A stretch of 57,037 nt of DNA, the filler included, from Dugesia japonica (Eukaryota): NCBI GenBank assembly GCA_001938525.1. It is 5 parts of 5 records of this genome, joined end to end, with 100 filler letters (N's around TTAATTAATTAA, not from the genome) between each part and the next. Parts side by side here need not be neighbours in the genome. Positions count along the whole stretch, not along the records: positions 1 to 15,701 come from MQRL01598963.1; 4 more parts are not named here. One strand, given 5' to 3'. This document shows positions 1 through 14,838 of this stretch, piece after piece. The first letter of the stretch is position 1. Every line of letters starts with the position of its first letter. The notes beneath the pieces are model-generated. The model was not told where the DNA came from and did no database searches. It saw only the letters and a list, made by a program, of their open reading frames with translations. The position numbers and the translations under genes were made by a program.

Positions 1-115
1 TTTGTAATTATTTCTTTTTCTGTTAGTCGTTTTCTTTATTAATTTTATTAATTCTTTCGATTATTATAATTAATTCAACTGAATTTAATCGTCTGAGTCT
101 TTCAATTTTCATTTA

Positions 116-2041
116 TTAATATGATCCTGGTTCTTCTTGTTTGATTTTCCATTTTCCTTCCCGTAATATTATTCTTGTTTTGATAGTGAATGATTTNTGA
201 CCCCCTTTGATTTTATTTCTCATTCCACTGGGTGTTTCACCCAACAATATGAACAACAGTTTTTTCAGTACAGTTACCATTTCTGGTGAATGTTTTGTAG
301 ATAGCATCAATAAATCTCTCTTATTTTGCCATGTTAAGACTTATACCATTTTCATTTTCTCGCGCGGTAACTACTCCACGTTTTAATTTTTGGATCTACT
401 TGTTTTAGATTTCTTTCGCAGGTTATGCACACTAAGTGTGTGTGCATTGTAATTATTTTTTTCCGACACGCCAACACTTGTGTATCAACTATCTGTGTAT
501 ATAGTAGTGCCATTGACCGAATTATCTTTACAAGGAGACTTTAAAATCTCAGACAATTTTTTTCCAGATATTCGATTTACATTTTCGTCTTTGTTCAGTA
601 GATTTGAAATGAATAAGCGTATCCTGGCCTACTACATAATTGAAAAACTTATTCCATACTTGTGATGTTTTTGTTTTAAATTTTGACGAAATACTATGCG
701 TCCTCAAAATCGCACTAATAACTCATTCACACACAACATTTCATTTAGATTATAATATTAAAAACCACTGTTTAGATAATCAATAATACGAATAATTTTT
801 GGTTATCTATTATAAGTATCATTTTCGTCATTATTGCTAAAATGAACATACCAAAAAAGTAATTAGAATCGATTTCTTGATATAACAGTACGTGGATATG
901 TCTGATTATTTATAGGGTTGCCAGGTAAAACCGTAAAATTGCCGGTAAAAATTTTAAATAAAACTATGCTTATTTATTTTTTTTATATTTTTTATTTTGG
1001 GAAGTAGCTTTTAGCAGTATTTTATTTTTAGAAAATATTTCTCTGTTATTTTGGCATGTATAAGGAATGTTAAAGAAGATAAAAAGTTCACTTTTAACAA
1101 AATTCAACGACCTTCGATTACGTTCGTTGGTCCATTACGCTAAAAATCCTTACAACATTCGCATTCGAAACTGGAATAAAAAAGACGAACTGAGCTTTTT
1201 TTAATAAATTTGGTGTGGATCTTTTTGAAAGAAATAGTTCCACTTTTCAAGAGAAGATGTTCCTTCAAACGTTTCCATTTAAATACTACTTTAATATGTA
1301 AAATATTAAACTATAATTTTTATAAAATAGAATTTTCCATAGCCTACCGAGGTAAAAAAAAATTTTAATTTAAAAGTTTTGAACAGTCGGAAGGAATATC
1401 GGACAAATGTACGCCCAGTTCTTCTATATTTTTCAGCCGGACAAGCATTTGAATTAATGGAGTGTCCGGTTCAAAATCGGATACCTGGCACCCGTAATTA
1501 TATACTTAAATGTGTGATCTTGGTTTGATTACCCAAAGGAATATGCCAATTCATATCAGACTACTTTTGTTATCATCAACTTCAGTTTCATTGTAAGACT
1601 TAATTCAGCGCTGACGTACTATCGAAGCCCTTATCATAATAAGATAAACTACTTGATGAACTTTTCTCATTATCTGATAGAAGTTGATTTAGTTTGGAGG
1701 ATTTTTGTAAAACTGCATCTTCAGATGAAGTATTTGACACATAATCTTAATTTGAAGTCATTTTTAAGGGCTAATTAAAACATTTAACAAAAAGTATGAA
1801 ATGCAAAATCGTATATAAAGTGAAAAGGTATAACAAACGCACTTACTTGATTGTTGAAATTATTTAAAATAAGTGATAATCATAAAAATGGTGAACCACA
1901 CCACGAAAAATGCTTTAAACTTAATTAGACAATTCAATTTATCTGCTGTAAATAATATTTTAACATAATGCTTTTGCATAATAAAAAATTCATCTTGGTG
2001 CCATGGGCTAACCACGTAAAATCCGCGCAGCAGTCAACGTG
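116..2041 (-). mobile_element. Decayed piggyBac DNA transposon (PGBD4-like transposase relic)
   Basis: Minus-strand translation across stops and frameshifts gives QTYPRTVISRNRF*LL..HFSNND, LCVNELLVRF*GRIVFRQNLKQKHHKYGI, TIYTDS*YTS and KLKRGVVTARENENG..WQNKRDLLMLSTKH, all typical piggyBac DDD transposase motifs. A TIR-like CACGTTGACTGC ends at 2041 next to a TTAA-like site (tgaa on +). Confidence 0.85.
913..1496. mobile_element. Non-autonomous hAT element (MITE) inserted in the piggyBac relic
   Basis: Left end TAGGGTTGCCAGG (913) and right end CCTGGCACCCGTA (1484-1496) form an imperfect TIR. The 8-bp flanks attattta / attatata match 7/8, consistent with a hAT-type TSD. The piggyBac reading frame resumes on both sides. 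Confidence 0.75.
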
Positions 2042-5000
2042 TGAACGCTATNNNNNNNNNNNNNNNNNNNNNNNNNNNNNNNNNNNNNNNNNNNNNNNNN
2101 NNNNNNNNNNNNNNNCTCCAAATATATATATTTCAAAATAAAACGGCGTATAGGTGATTAATTTTAATTATAAATAATAAATAAAATAAATAAAAATATA
2201 TTAATAAGTCAAAACGATTTGTTATTAAAACTTTTATTAATATATTTAAAAATTAATTATCATTAAATAAATAAAATTAATTAATCAAAATGTAACTTTT
2301 AGGGGACGCTAACTAGCAGTAAGTCGCTCCTATATAAATTTTAAAGAAAGAAACTCCAGTAATACTTACTGACCTAATTAAAAAGCTTTCAGGCGGTGGC
2401 AACTAACACCAGTTGAAANNNNNNNNNNNNNNNNNNNNNNNNNNNNNNNNNNNNNNNNNNNNNNNNNNNNNNNNNNNNNNNNNNNNNNNNNNNNNNNNNN
2501 NNNNNNNNNNNNNNNNNNNNNNNNNNNNNNNNNNNNNNNNNNNNNNNNNNNNNNNNNNNNNNNNNNNNNNNNNNNNNNNNNNNNNNNNNNNNNNNNNNNN
2601 NNNNNNNNNNNNNNNNNNNNNNNNNNNNNNNNNNNNNNNNNNNNNNNNNNNNNNNNTGCAGCAAATAAAAAATATAACAATAAAAATATTAAAAAGATAA
2701 TAACAACCTGTATTATTAATCACACAAAAAATATATAATCTCAAATTCTAAATCAACTTATTAAAACTAACTTAATAAATTCAATAAAATTAACACATTC
2801 AATTATTTGATACAATTAAGACCTATAATATAATTAATCTACATAATACATCTAATATAATCTATCGAGTCATCAAATTTACCTAATTTAATAAAAGCAT
2901 TTAATGAATTCGACCTATTTATTTCATCAAGATTACCTGATTACTTTATTAAATACAGTCATAAAGCCAATGAACAAGCCAAGCATAATACACCTTATAA
3001 TCTAAGTCAAATATACTTAATAAACTAAAAACACTCAAAAATCTAAATAAATCAAATATAATACATTCATAAAGCTAATACAGTGTATGTACTAAACTAA
3101 TCACCATAGTTAACTAATTTAATATGTTTACTTCATCAAATACAATTAATTTAATACAATTTAATTTATACGTTTAATTTATTTTACCCTTCCTAATTAA
3201 TAAATTAATTAAATTATTCAAATTCTTTACCAAATACGTTGAACCCTAATATAGCAAATGAACTCCAAATTTTAGAGTTATATAAACATAGAAGAAATAT
3301 TAACAGATGCAAAAATTTAAAATATCACTAGTGGCAAAAATTTTAAGAAAAACTTTGTAAAAATGAACTATTCACTTATATTAAATTAAATACTTCGAGA
3401 GAAAATTAACCGATGAAAATATCAATCAAATAAAAATTAAATACTGTCAGGAAAAATTAATTGATGAAAAATGTTATCAGTGAAAAAATCTTATATATTA
3501 CTATATGAAAATATTAAATACAAACCATAGAAAAATTTAAAAAATCAGAAGCAAAATTAAAATACCAACAGTGAAACTTAACCGATGAAAAAATGCTACC
3601 AGCTACAAAATTTTAAAATATTACTAGAGGTAAAAATTAAAATATGTAAGTTGTAAAACTCAAAAATACTATTAAGGCAAAAATTAAAAATAAAATCTTA
3701 CATTCTCAAAATTCAAAGCCAGTTCACTAAAAATTAACCTATTTGAAAATTCTAAAATAAACACATGAAAAATCTTATATAGAAAATTAAATACCAAAGG
3801 TGAAAATAAACTGAATAAAATTCAAATATAAAAATTAAAATTAAATCTATTAATAATAAATTATAAATACAAAATAAAATTATTAATACACAATAAACAC
3901 ATTTTAAATTTCGCCAGCAATTTTTAAATTAAATCTACGCAAATCTTAAATAAAAAAATATACACAATAGAAATTAATCTAAGTTAACCTACTTAGAATT
4001 AATTGCTTAAAATATTACCTTTAATAGAGTAAAATTAGCCGAGTAAAATTCTAATATTATACTTTATTGATATTTCTTATTTATTATTATTTTGGTATCT
4101 TTGATTATTATTATTTTTATGTATGCATTATATGTTGTATTTATTATGTATTTATAATTTTATTTTGTGTTTATAATTTATTATTATTATTTGCTATTTA
4201 TAAAAAATATATTTATGAAATTTAAAAGTTTAATGTAAAGTTGATTAAAAATTGAAATATTCAAACAAGGGAAAAATGCTTAGATAAATAACAAAATTTT
4301 AAATTAAATTTATAAATAAAAATTTCTCGCGAAATTGGAAAAATTTCAAAAAAATTCGGTAAACTATTCAAATATCAAAAAATTGAATGTCATAATTCCA
4401 TCTCTTTGTTTTATTGTTAGACATCCAATTTAAATTTTCGTTGGGGAAAACATTAACCAGTAAATTAAAAGCAGTCACTAAGTAACAATAATTTCCCAAG
4501 CTACTAATATTTAATAATTTTTAATGAATTTAATAAAAATTTCTACTAAAGATTTTCATTTTAAAACCTTTTTAAAAAAACCTTTTTAAATATTTATTTC
4601 AGAAAAACAAAATTTGTTTGTTTAGCAAAAATATTATCACATAAACAAATGAATAATGCTTAAAAAATTATTGAAAAAATTGAAAATTTATAAAAACACC
4701 GAAATTCCAGACGAAATTGTTTCATTTGAAATTCATTCCGACATCATCCATGAGTATTTTCAAATTCAATATTTAAATCCCAAAAAAATAAATAATTTCA
4801 ATTTAACAGTTGAGAAAATGGATAATTGTTTTGAAAAGTCAAGTAACAATGTATGTAAGTAAATGCCATCAATTCGATAATAAAACATTTTTAATTAATC
4901 TGAATTGTTTTAATTTTCATATTTTATTCACATTCATTTTGTTTATTATTAACAATTTTGTTACGGAGTTTTTTCAAGGTCGTATTTGTCTGAATACGTA

Positions 5001-8000
5001 TTTATATTGGTTTTATAAAAAAAACATTTTTTTCACAATAAACATATTTAGAAAGCAAATATTTACATTTCTCAATCGAAAATATACGTTATTCATTTAT
5101 GAAGCCCACTTATATAAAAATGTATACATGCGCTTCTAATAACACAATGGTTAATAATATTAAAAATTGTTGGGCTTCGAAGCTTTTGATGTTGTTAATT
5201 CTTTCTATGATGGACATTTTCTTTCTTCTAACTGGTCTTCTGTATATATTTCTCATTTGGATAGATATCTCTTTAGGGTAGATACTCCAAAGCCGGCAGA
5301 AATTAGAAAATGCCTCGTGCATTGTTTTATCTACCCTGGGTCCATTCGGGACTATGCGGTTTCCCGTCTTATAGTTTCAATTTGAATGTTGGCTGCAGTT
5401 TCTTCAAGTCAACCTAAATATTCTTTGTAGAATAAATAAATATCCTAAATATCCTTAAACTTCTTTAAAATAAACACATAACTTTGCTGATGGCATTCAA
5501 ATTTTATTTACAACAAAGAATCGTCTATCAATTATCCAAATCGACTATTTTCTTGCCGCTTCTTCTATCTTCTTCTGTCTCCATCTTTGACACTTGACTG
5601 AGAGTTCAGACTGTCAATATCAAGGCTTTCTTTCAATCGGCGTAAGATTTAATGATGTCGGCCATTGCTCGAGTGGTTTGAGAGACTGCCAAGAGTGCGA
5701 GCATTTCTGCGTTGGAGTTTCAATATCTCAGCTTGCATCTTTTTATGTTTTACCAAGCACAAATTCTTTAACTCCGTTACCGAACATCCAAATGTGGTAT
5801 TGGTTGCTTTAGACACTAAATAATAGAATAGTTTATCTTGATTTATTAAATGTACATATCATTAATAGTGTATATCATTTAATGTGATATTACAATTTTA
5901 TTATTATTCGAATTAGTAATTAAAGAATTTCTATTTGATGCGGTTTAGAATTAGGATTTATCTAAAAGAAAACTCAACTGATACAACGGTAGAACACTGT
6001 ATTAATTTTACAATAAAATTTCAATCACACTACTGTTTCTTTAGTGTCTTTAGTCCTATCTGACGAGAGAAGAAAATGTCGGAGAGCAGTTTTAATACTT
6101 GACGAAAGCCGGTCTGATCTCTTTGAGTACTCTTCTGCTTCCAATTGGGTGTTTCGCATTTGGACGCTCAACTGCTGCTGCTGCTGTGAGAGAGCCGTTT
6201 AGTCGAAGAGCAACTTGATCAATTCCTTCTCTTTCTCCATCTGTCAGGTGAAGATTTCCGTAAGTTTTGATTTGAAACATTCTCCTTACTCATCGACTCG
6301 GATATGCAACTTTTTCAATTGGTCGGTTCTTTTGGTGAACATCTAATCTTGTAACTGTATGTTTTCTTTTAATGCGGTGATTTTAATATCCTTCTGCTGC
6401 AGTCTAACCTGAATGAATCACCAGGGATCGGTGTCGATTCCTTCCAGCCCCAGAAAATTCCAATAGTTGGGCATATCGCTGCTGGAATTGGAACTGGTAT
6501 TGTTAAACATAGTTAATTTCAACGTTACNATTTANTTAAGTTGAATAGATTTGTTATTTACTTCAAATACCTGATTGTTATTTTATTTACTTTAACATCA
6601 CTCAAGGGTATGGTAGTCCATCACACATCATCACAAGCGGAGCTGGAGTTTGGCATAATGTTTATTGATATTGCATTTATTATTCATTAATGTCCCTCCC
6701 GGTTATCGAGATTATTGATCATAGAAACTTGCTTTCCTTTATTAATTTATATTTGATTTGCCTCTTTACATTTCATGCGAGTCAAGCTCCCTTGGGATGA
6801 TAAATGATCTCTCCGTCCGTGCTCATAATTACTCTAAATCAAAATTGTAATTTAAACTTTTATCAATAAAGTAAATTAATCACAACTAAAATAATTCGAA
6901 CATAATTAAGAAAAATGCAATTAATACTAATGCAAATAATAAGAAGTCATAACACAACATCATAAAATTAAGCTGTGATATTTTTCTCTAAATATACACC
7001 GGTAATTTCATCAGTTATCACTCTTAATTTAATGTCAAGGAGAAGGGTTTAACCACCGTGCATCAATTGTGAAGACTTATTTCGACAATGATTTATCATA
7101 CTAACTCAATTCGTCGTTTATTTGCATAATCACTTGTGTCCAATCTATATTATCAACACTTAATTTCACTAACTCAATAACTAGATTTTTCACTCTTTAT
7201 TATCTATTGTAACCATGCGTCTTTCCGATTTTTCATTCATCTATATATATTGGCATTCCTCTTTATTTATAATCACTCAATACTCGTAATTCAACTTTAT
7301 ACAATGATGGATAATATCAAATAATGGTGACCCAGCGGGGCCGACTGATATCAATTCTCACATTGGTGCGCTTCTTCTCATTTGTTTCATATTATTCTAA
7401 TATCTAAATAAACAACTTATTTTCCTCAATTATAGATAATGGAATTTTGCTAAAAAGAAAAAATGCTACTTGCGATTTTTAACTATAAATCAACAAAACT
7501 ATATTGAAACTTTATTAAGAGAAATGATTTTCTGAAAAATGCCTTTTCTTTTATACTTCACTATATCGTCAAATATTGACCGATACAGTTAGTGTCCACT
7601 TCAGATTTCTGTTAATCCCAAGAATCATACGGTGTTCACCCGTAGATTCTACAGAAATGTCTCAATATGGACATGATTTTTTATTTTTGTAGTGTATTTA
7701 TGATTTCTACCAAGCTGAACCACTTAACAAAAAATAATATTTTTGTGAAAAATAATAATTTTCCCACAACTTTTAATAGTTTTATAAATAACGCTAACTA
7801 CAAGTAAATACATGTAAATATGAAAATATCAATACTAAATTCTTACATAAAGTCATCAGACCTTCTTGCACATATGACTTTCCTGTTTTAAATCCTCCTT
7901 GTTCATGATAAATAATAATATTTATTTAATAATAATAATTTTTATTATATTTATAGATAATAACAATAATTTCCCATTTTAATATTTTTTAAAAAATTAT

Positions 8001-9006
8001 AATAACACAATTCTTCTACTTTAATCTGATTAATATTTTAATAATTTATTATTTATAATGATGATGATGATTTATTTCACTTTGCTTTTCCTATCATATC
8101 TCTTTAAAATATCAAAATATTTTAAAATAATTAGTTGTTTTAATCTTTACCTTTCTCTCATTATTAGTAAGAAAAACGCTATCCTCATCAAATATTTATT
8201 TAAGGAAAAGTTTCTATAAATTGAAAAACTGAATTAGAATAGTTTTAATTTTCAATCAAATATACACAATAATTATTAAAATTATTTTCTTGAAATATTT
8301 TAAATTTCTAAAACTTTATAAATATTTTAATTGCGCATATAAATTTGAAATTAAACAATTTAAATATCATTCTCACACTCATTAATATAATTTTATTTTA
8401 ATATATGGATACTTTTAATACATTTATATCAATTATAAATAATGATATATATTCCTGGTTTTATTTACATTCTCCTTTTTGATAACTTAAATAATTTGAT
8501 TTATGATAATTTTAATAATTAAAAAAAATTTCAATAAATTAAATTTATTAAAAAACGAAAAATTAAAAAATTTAGAAAATTTAGAAAATTATGTATTTTT
8601 ATTAATTATAACATAAATAAAATATTAAACATTTATATAAAAAATATAAATAAAACATTAAATAAAACACAAATTCTAAAAATAAAATTTTAAATAATAA
8701 AAATAATATAATATAATAATTTTATATGTTTTCCTTTTCAATTGAATAAAATTAATATAATTCATGATAATTATAATTTAATAAACTTTTACAAATTGAA
8801 AGAATTTTTAAAAATTTAAAAATAAAATACTAATTAAATAATAAAATTTTTTAATGTATTTAGAATTTTGAGATTAAATTTAAAGTTAAATTTAAATTGG
8901 AATATAATTTAAATTTTATTAAAAAAATCTAATAAAATGTTAATAAAATATAAACAATTTTATAATAATGTTCTAATATTGGTTAAATGTTTGAAAAAGT
9001 CATAAT

Positions 9007-9040
9007 AATCCTAAAGAAGGCAAAAGTCGAAAATTTGAAT
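9007..9040 (+). ncRNA. Degenerate Penelope-type hammerhead motif (family B), probably inactive
   Basis: aatc CTAAAGA a GGC AAAA GTC GAAA AT TT gaat. Same layout as the copy at 26131, but the core CUGA is changed to CUAA. Confidence 0.4.
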
Positions 9041-12000
9041 ATCTATAAACAAAAATTTAAATTGATCGAAACTATTACTTGATTTAAACGAAATCTAAAA
9101 TTATAAAATCATTTAAACAAATATCAATGCATTANTTTACAAAGTTTCTTTTAAAAATAGGTAGTCACATTTCAATTAAATTTATCCTGTTTAAAATATA
9201 AAAAGTTTTTATAATTACCAGTAAAAATTATTTAAAATAAAAAATACAAAAAAATACAGTAAAAGTTTTACCAAAGAAATACATTATTAAAAATTATACT
9301 AAATGATTTATTATAATTACCAGTAAAAATTATTAAAAATAAAAAGTACAAAAAAATACATAAAAAATTATCAATTAAAAAATGTGTCGATTTGTCTGTG
9401 TCAATTTTTCATGTGTCGAATTGTCTGGTCACCGTATTTTTGTATCCTCTTACTAATTAAAGATATTGTAGTCTGAGATATGTGATGTGTGTTTCAAAAT
9501 ACATATATGCCTATTTTAAATGAAATATAATTTTTATATAAACTGATCGTACANAATGATGCAAGATATTCTAATCTGTTATNAATTAATGTTAACCTAA
9601 AAAAGTAAAATTTGATATCTTCATCGATCTTAACTTATAATACCCGGGCAACACTGAAGAATCAGTGGACATTGACTTCAATACAATGGAACAGGTTAAT
9701 ATGAAATCTGATGTTAAATCTGAAATCAATAATTAAAATGAAAATCATTAAATCAAAAGAGTTTCAATCAAACGTAAATTTGTAAAAACTGTGTATTTGC
9801 TTTTTTTTTATCATTTCTCTTCCATTTCCTTCTTTATTCTAGCAAGATCTTCTGAATCTAACGACGCTATGGTAACAAATTGTTCTTGATATCTTAGCAT
9901 CGTGTAAAAATGCAGTTATCAAATAAAACTTTGCTTAACGAGCTGATTAGTTCTCATTTAATTAATGAAAAAATAAGCAAATTAGCCCCTTTTTGTACTA
10001 CTTTCCTCATTTTAAAAACTTGAAAAACTATAACACTTGAACTTAACTAAAATTTAGAGACATCTCTCTTCATCTGAAAAACTGCAAAAACATTTATTCA
10101 CAAAACAAATGTCAATCGCTGACTGAAACTTTAACCATGCTGCTAGATCCATCTTCCTATCTGTTATGAATATTCTCAGAAAAAGTAAAAAAGAAAGAAA
10201 AGTCCGTCGGCGGAAATACTAATCAGAATAATCATTTTTGAGTAGTGTAAAACATTTATTAGAAATAAATTTACAATAAAACAAAAACATGATATAATAA
10301 AAGTAGAAATGTAAACTTTGATACAACTTTTAAAAAAATATAAAAATTTTTTATAAAAATATTTATGCATAGATTAAAACAAAGCAACTTTAATAAATTA
10401 TAGTACTATTCATAGAAAATTCTCAGAAATACAATAACAGACAAACTTAAGTATAATAAGCGATCAACAACTGTTTGATATAATAATAAATTGTCTTATG
10501 ATTGACCATGCAATTTCGAATTCATGTAAAAATACAATTTAGATGTACATTATTTTCTACAAATTCTTTTCAAAATACTTGAAACTCATATATTATTTTA
10601 TAAAATATTTACACGTTTTTCAACAAAATTTTAAAATAGTTGCAAATTTTACAATTACAATTGTTACAAGAATTATTGTTATTCCGAATTCCCAGTTACT
10701 TTATTGGTAAAAACGTATATCTTAGAGTCCCGAATTCCGCACTTCTAAATCTGATCACAATATTACAATAGGTACTTTTAGATTGTGAACAACAAAATTT
10801 GAACACCTTTAATTTAAAAATAATCATATTAATAATCTTTCTAAAATTTTTAACTCCCAACTCACCTTCTAATATTGTCGCCCCAAAATACAAAAATAGT
10901 ATAGTATTCATACTTTGTCTATTCTATATGTAGAATGATGTAACTGCTAAAATGATAATTTATTTTATTTTTGGGTGAATAAAAATCAGCAACAGAATTT
11001 AAATTTTTGATTAATATCGGTATTTTTAAAATGTTTTCACCATTTTTAGTAATTTACGATTTTAATCATAATTCTTTATTATTAATATAAGTAAAACTTG
11101 CAATTTTACCAAACATATAATCTCAACAAAATAATACAAATTGGAAGTTAAAACTAAAATAATTTCCCTGATAAATAATACAGAGTCTACAAATTTACAA
11201 TAATATTTTTTTACAATGCACCCATTCTTTCTTAAATTGATATGTTTACAGACAAAAATATAAAAATGATTTAAAAATCAATTACTTCGTACAATAATTT
11301 TATTAGTTTAATTGTGATTGTTAAAAATTTATCAACCTAATGTTATTCAGTGTTTAATAGCTGCTGGCTCTAATAACTAGGTTCAAATAAAGAAACTAAT
11401 AAATCATAATTTAATATCCCGAAATCGGTATTTTTAAAAGCAACGTATAAGCATGTGGTTCTCATACTGGAATCCAATAATTTTCATTTGAAATTTGTAT
11501 GATCTACACATTTAGAAGTTTTAAGCAAATTTGCGGTGATATAGAAACGTTTCAAAAAATCTGCATTATTCTAACACTAATATTATTCAACTATTTTATT
11601 TTCAGGCATTCAATAAAAATCTAATTTAAAATTTGTTAATAAAAAATTATAAAAAATAAAATAAATATTCATACAAAACTATAAATTCAATAAATTATTT
11701 ATTTTTGCATGTGAATTTGTTTATATATTATCAATTTTATTAATTTAATTTTGAATTCTAGTGTACCTAGTTTTTATATGCCAATAAATAAACCTACAAT
11801 TTCGGTTAGTATTATTATTATTATTATTAGTAGTAGTTTTTATTTATTTATTAAATTGAACATAAACTATTTAATTTATCAAACTATCTTAAAATCCTCA
11901 CGAAGAACAAGTTAACAATTTAATTAATAAAGAATTAGAATAAACCATTTTAGAGTATTTATTTTAACAGAAACCTGGGGAATTTTATAGATTCATAAAA

Positions 12001-12789
12001 CATCTCTTATACTAATTTGAAAAAATGTATTAAACGTTTGCGTAATGTTCTTCTGAAGGTGAATTTAAAAATTTATATTTTACAGTAATTTATAATATTA
12101 ACAAATTATATTTATCACTTGAAATAAGAAAAATTAAAGAATTAATTTTGATACAATAATTTTATTTGATTATTTATGCGGTTACTAAAATCGTGTTTTA
12201 ATTTAATTTATCGAATTATTTAAAAAATTTCAAAAAAATACGAAAAATAAAAATTTATTTGTACTTTTTGTCAGAAAAATAATTTGGATTAATCAATCAA
12301 TTACGATTGTAATTGATGAAAAATTGGTACAAAACAACGTTATTTTAATTTTTTATTTTTACTATTTTATTTTATTTATTATTTTATTTTGTGTAATTTA
12401 TTTTACATTTTTTCATCATCATCGCTATTTTCGTGGTTCCGTTTGAGTCGAGGCTGTGATTGAAGCGTCTTGACTATTCTGTACTTGTACTTGTAGACAT
12501 AACTCAATTAATTGCTCTGTGTGCTCTTTGCAGAGCTTCGCCACCTCGCTGTTTCGATTAGTCCCCCTTTGCTGCGCTAATCTCTAACGTATTGAAGGCA
12601 TCTTTACCCTTCAATTGAAGAAATATAAACAAGTATAAAGACTCTCCATGCATTCTCTGAATAGACGGTTGTTCTGCTGCTCCATCTCCCGACTCTCAAT
12701 CGTCCTCTCCCACAGCTGGTGGAGGTGAGTAGTTGTAGGCTCCGCAGTTGGAACACTTTACCAATCAACTATCTTGTTATTTCTTACTA

Positions 12790-13342
12790 TAATATACAAG
12801 AGTATTAATTAATTAGTTTAAGAAAAATTATCAGTTTTTTAATAGTTATCATAACTATTTAAATTATTTATTAAACGCCATGTTTTTATCAATGATAAAA
12901 TTATAAATGACAAAAAATCTCATAATTATTACATAACCAACACTGAACAATACGAAAAGTACTCTCAGTAAAAATATTAAATCATCATCTTGGTAGAATT
13001 GAATGAGAACTTCCTCTCAAACAGCTTCGTGTGGACAATATGCAGCATCTTCATAACTTCTGAGAATTCTCCAGGAAAATATTTGGCAACATTTTCATTT
13101 GCCGAGCAACCTTGTTCATAATCTTCACGTTATATAGTGCATTCCTTTTTTAAAGCCGAAAATTCCCTATTCCTTTCTCTAATATACAAGAGTATTAATT
13201 CATTTTAGTTTAAAAAAATGATCAGTTTTTTAATCGTTACCATAATTATTTAAATTATTTATAAAACGCCATGTTTTTATCAATGATAAAATTATAAATG
13301 ACAAATAATCTCATAATTAATGCATAACCAACACTGAACAAT
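12790..13342. repeat. ~160-bp direct duplication (12790-12951 and 13179-13342)
   Basis: Both copies read taatatacaagagtattaatt...cgccatgtttttatcaatgataaaattataaatgaca...cataaccaacactgaacaat with few differences. Confidence 0.9.
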
Positions 13343-14838
13343 CAACATTAAATTTTATGTTTAAATTCTTCGTCAACAGATCATATATTAATAAAATTCA
13401 TATTCGGTAAAGGCATTTCACCCCTGCTTTAGATTCATACTCATGATCATTTTGGTAATAACTGAAATTATAATAAACTATTATTAGATTATGGAGATTT
13501 TTTCCAAATCTAATGATTTTATCTTATGATTTTTTCAAAATTCCATATTTGTTTTTATGAATGGTGTGATTTTTCTGGAATTCGATTTTAATTTCGGCTT
13601 ACTAAATTAAGGAAATTTATTATTTAATATTTTCCAACTAAGTTTTCGTCTATCATAAACCTTTGGGGTTCTACAATAAAATTTTAACATAAAACGATAC
13701 CAGAAAAACATCTATAAAACAAATTATCACGAAATATTAATAATTAAATACACACAAGTACTCCGTTACATCAGTGAAAACCTGACTCATGTCAATGATC
13801 AACACTACTATTAGTTTAATTATTACTCGGAAAAATATAAGAGGAAAGACGCCATTGAATTTCAGCGAATTAGATGGATCGATAACAAAAATTATTTATC
13901 TATTCTCAACTGTCCACCTCATTATACTCGTTGGAATCTTAAATGCGTTAATTTAATTTAACTAAACCCAGCTAGGTGCTCAACATTGATTAATCTGCAA
14001 AATTTTTATTGGGATAATTCTTTTTTATATAGAAAAGAATTATATATTAAAGAATTTATTTCAAATCATATCATATCTTTCGTTGATTTTAATTAGTCTG
14101 GATTNNNNNNNNNNNNNNNNNNNNNNNNNNNNNNNNNNNNNNNNNNNNNNNNNNNNNNNNNNNNNNNNNNNNNNNNNNNNNNNNNNNNNNNNNNNNNNNN
14201 NNNNNNNNNNNNNNNNNNNNNNNNNNNNNNNNNNNNNNNNNNNNNNNAAATATTTGAAAGGGAAAATATCATATATAAATGAATTTCTTATCAAAAATTT
14301 ATAAAATCTGGAGGATAAATAATGTTATGTAATGGTTCAATTGGATTATTGGTTGAAATGTAATGAAATGGTAGGAAGTTTATGGTATTTAATATATATT
14401 TATTGAAATTCTAAGTGACTTAAAGAAAATTTACAAATATTTTAAAACTTAGTCTATATTTTGTATGTTGTAAGTAAAATTAATTAAAAATTTAATAAGA
14501 AAATCCAAGGAAATTTATAGAACTTAATGTATTAAGCGAGGGATTAAAATTAGAGGGTCTATTTTCAAAGGAATTTACTATATTAATTTAAAAATTTGGA
14601 ATAATTAACCGGTTTATTTGAATTTATTGTCTGTAAAGTATAGATTAAGTGTTAATATTTGAATTATATAGCTGGTTATATGGGAAAAGCGATAAACAGA
14701 TTAAACCATTAACTGCATAATCAATATGCAAATGATGATAACAAGTATTGTATATGTTAGTACGTGATGATAGTGAGAGTTGTATATGTTAAGAGTTGTT
14801 GTTAGCGGATATTGTATATGTTTAAATACCTGAGAATA

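Noticed and set aside
2378-2744. ORFs spanning N runs or microsatellites (also 14061, 17351, 19429, 22977, 29982, 54579)
   Set aside because: Artefacts of gaps and poly-I/N/Y/L trinucleotide repeats.
6060-6090. CTGACGA...GAAA as a hammerhead
   Set aside because: No stem II or convincing stem I pairing.
5100-6500. GC-richer coding-like stretch, possibly a transposase relic
   Set aside because: Too eroded; no diagnostic motif could be assigned.
6974-7340. Possible LTR followed by a PBS-like TGGTGACCC at 7325
   Set aside because: No second LTR, gag or TSD, and the left boundary is ambiguous.
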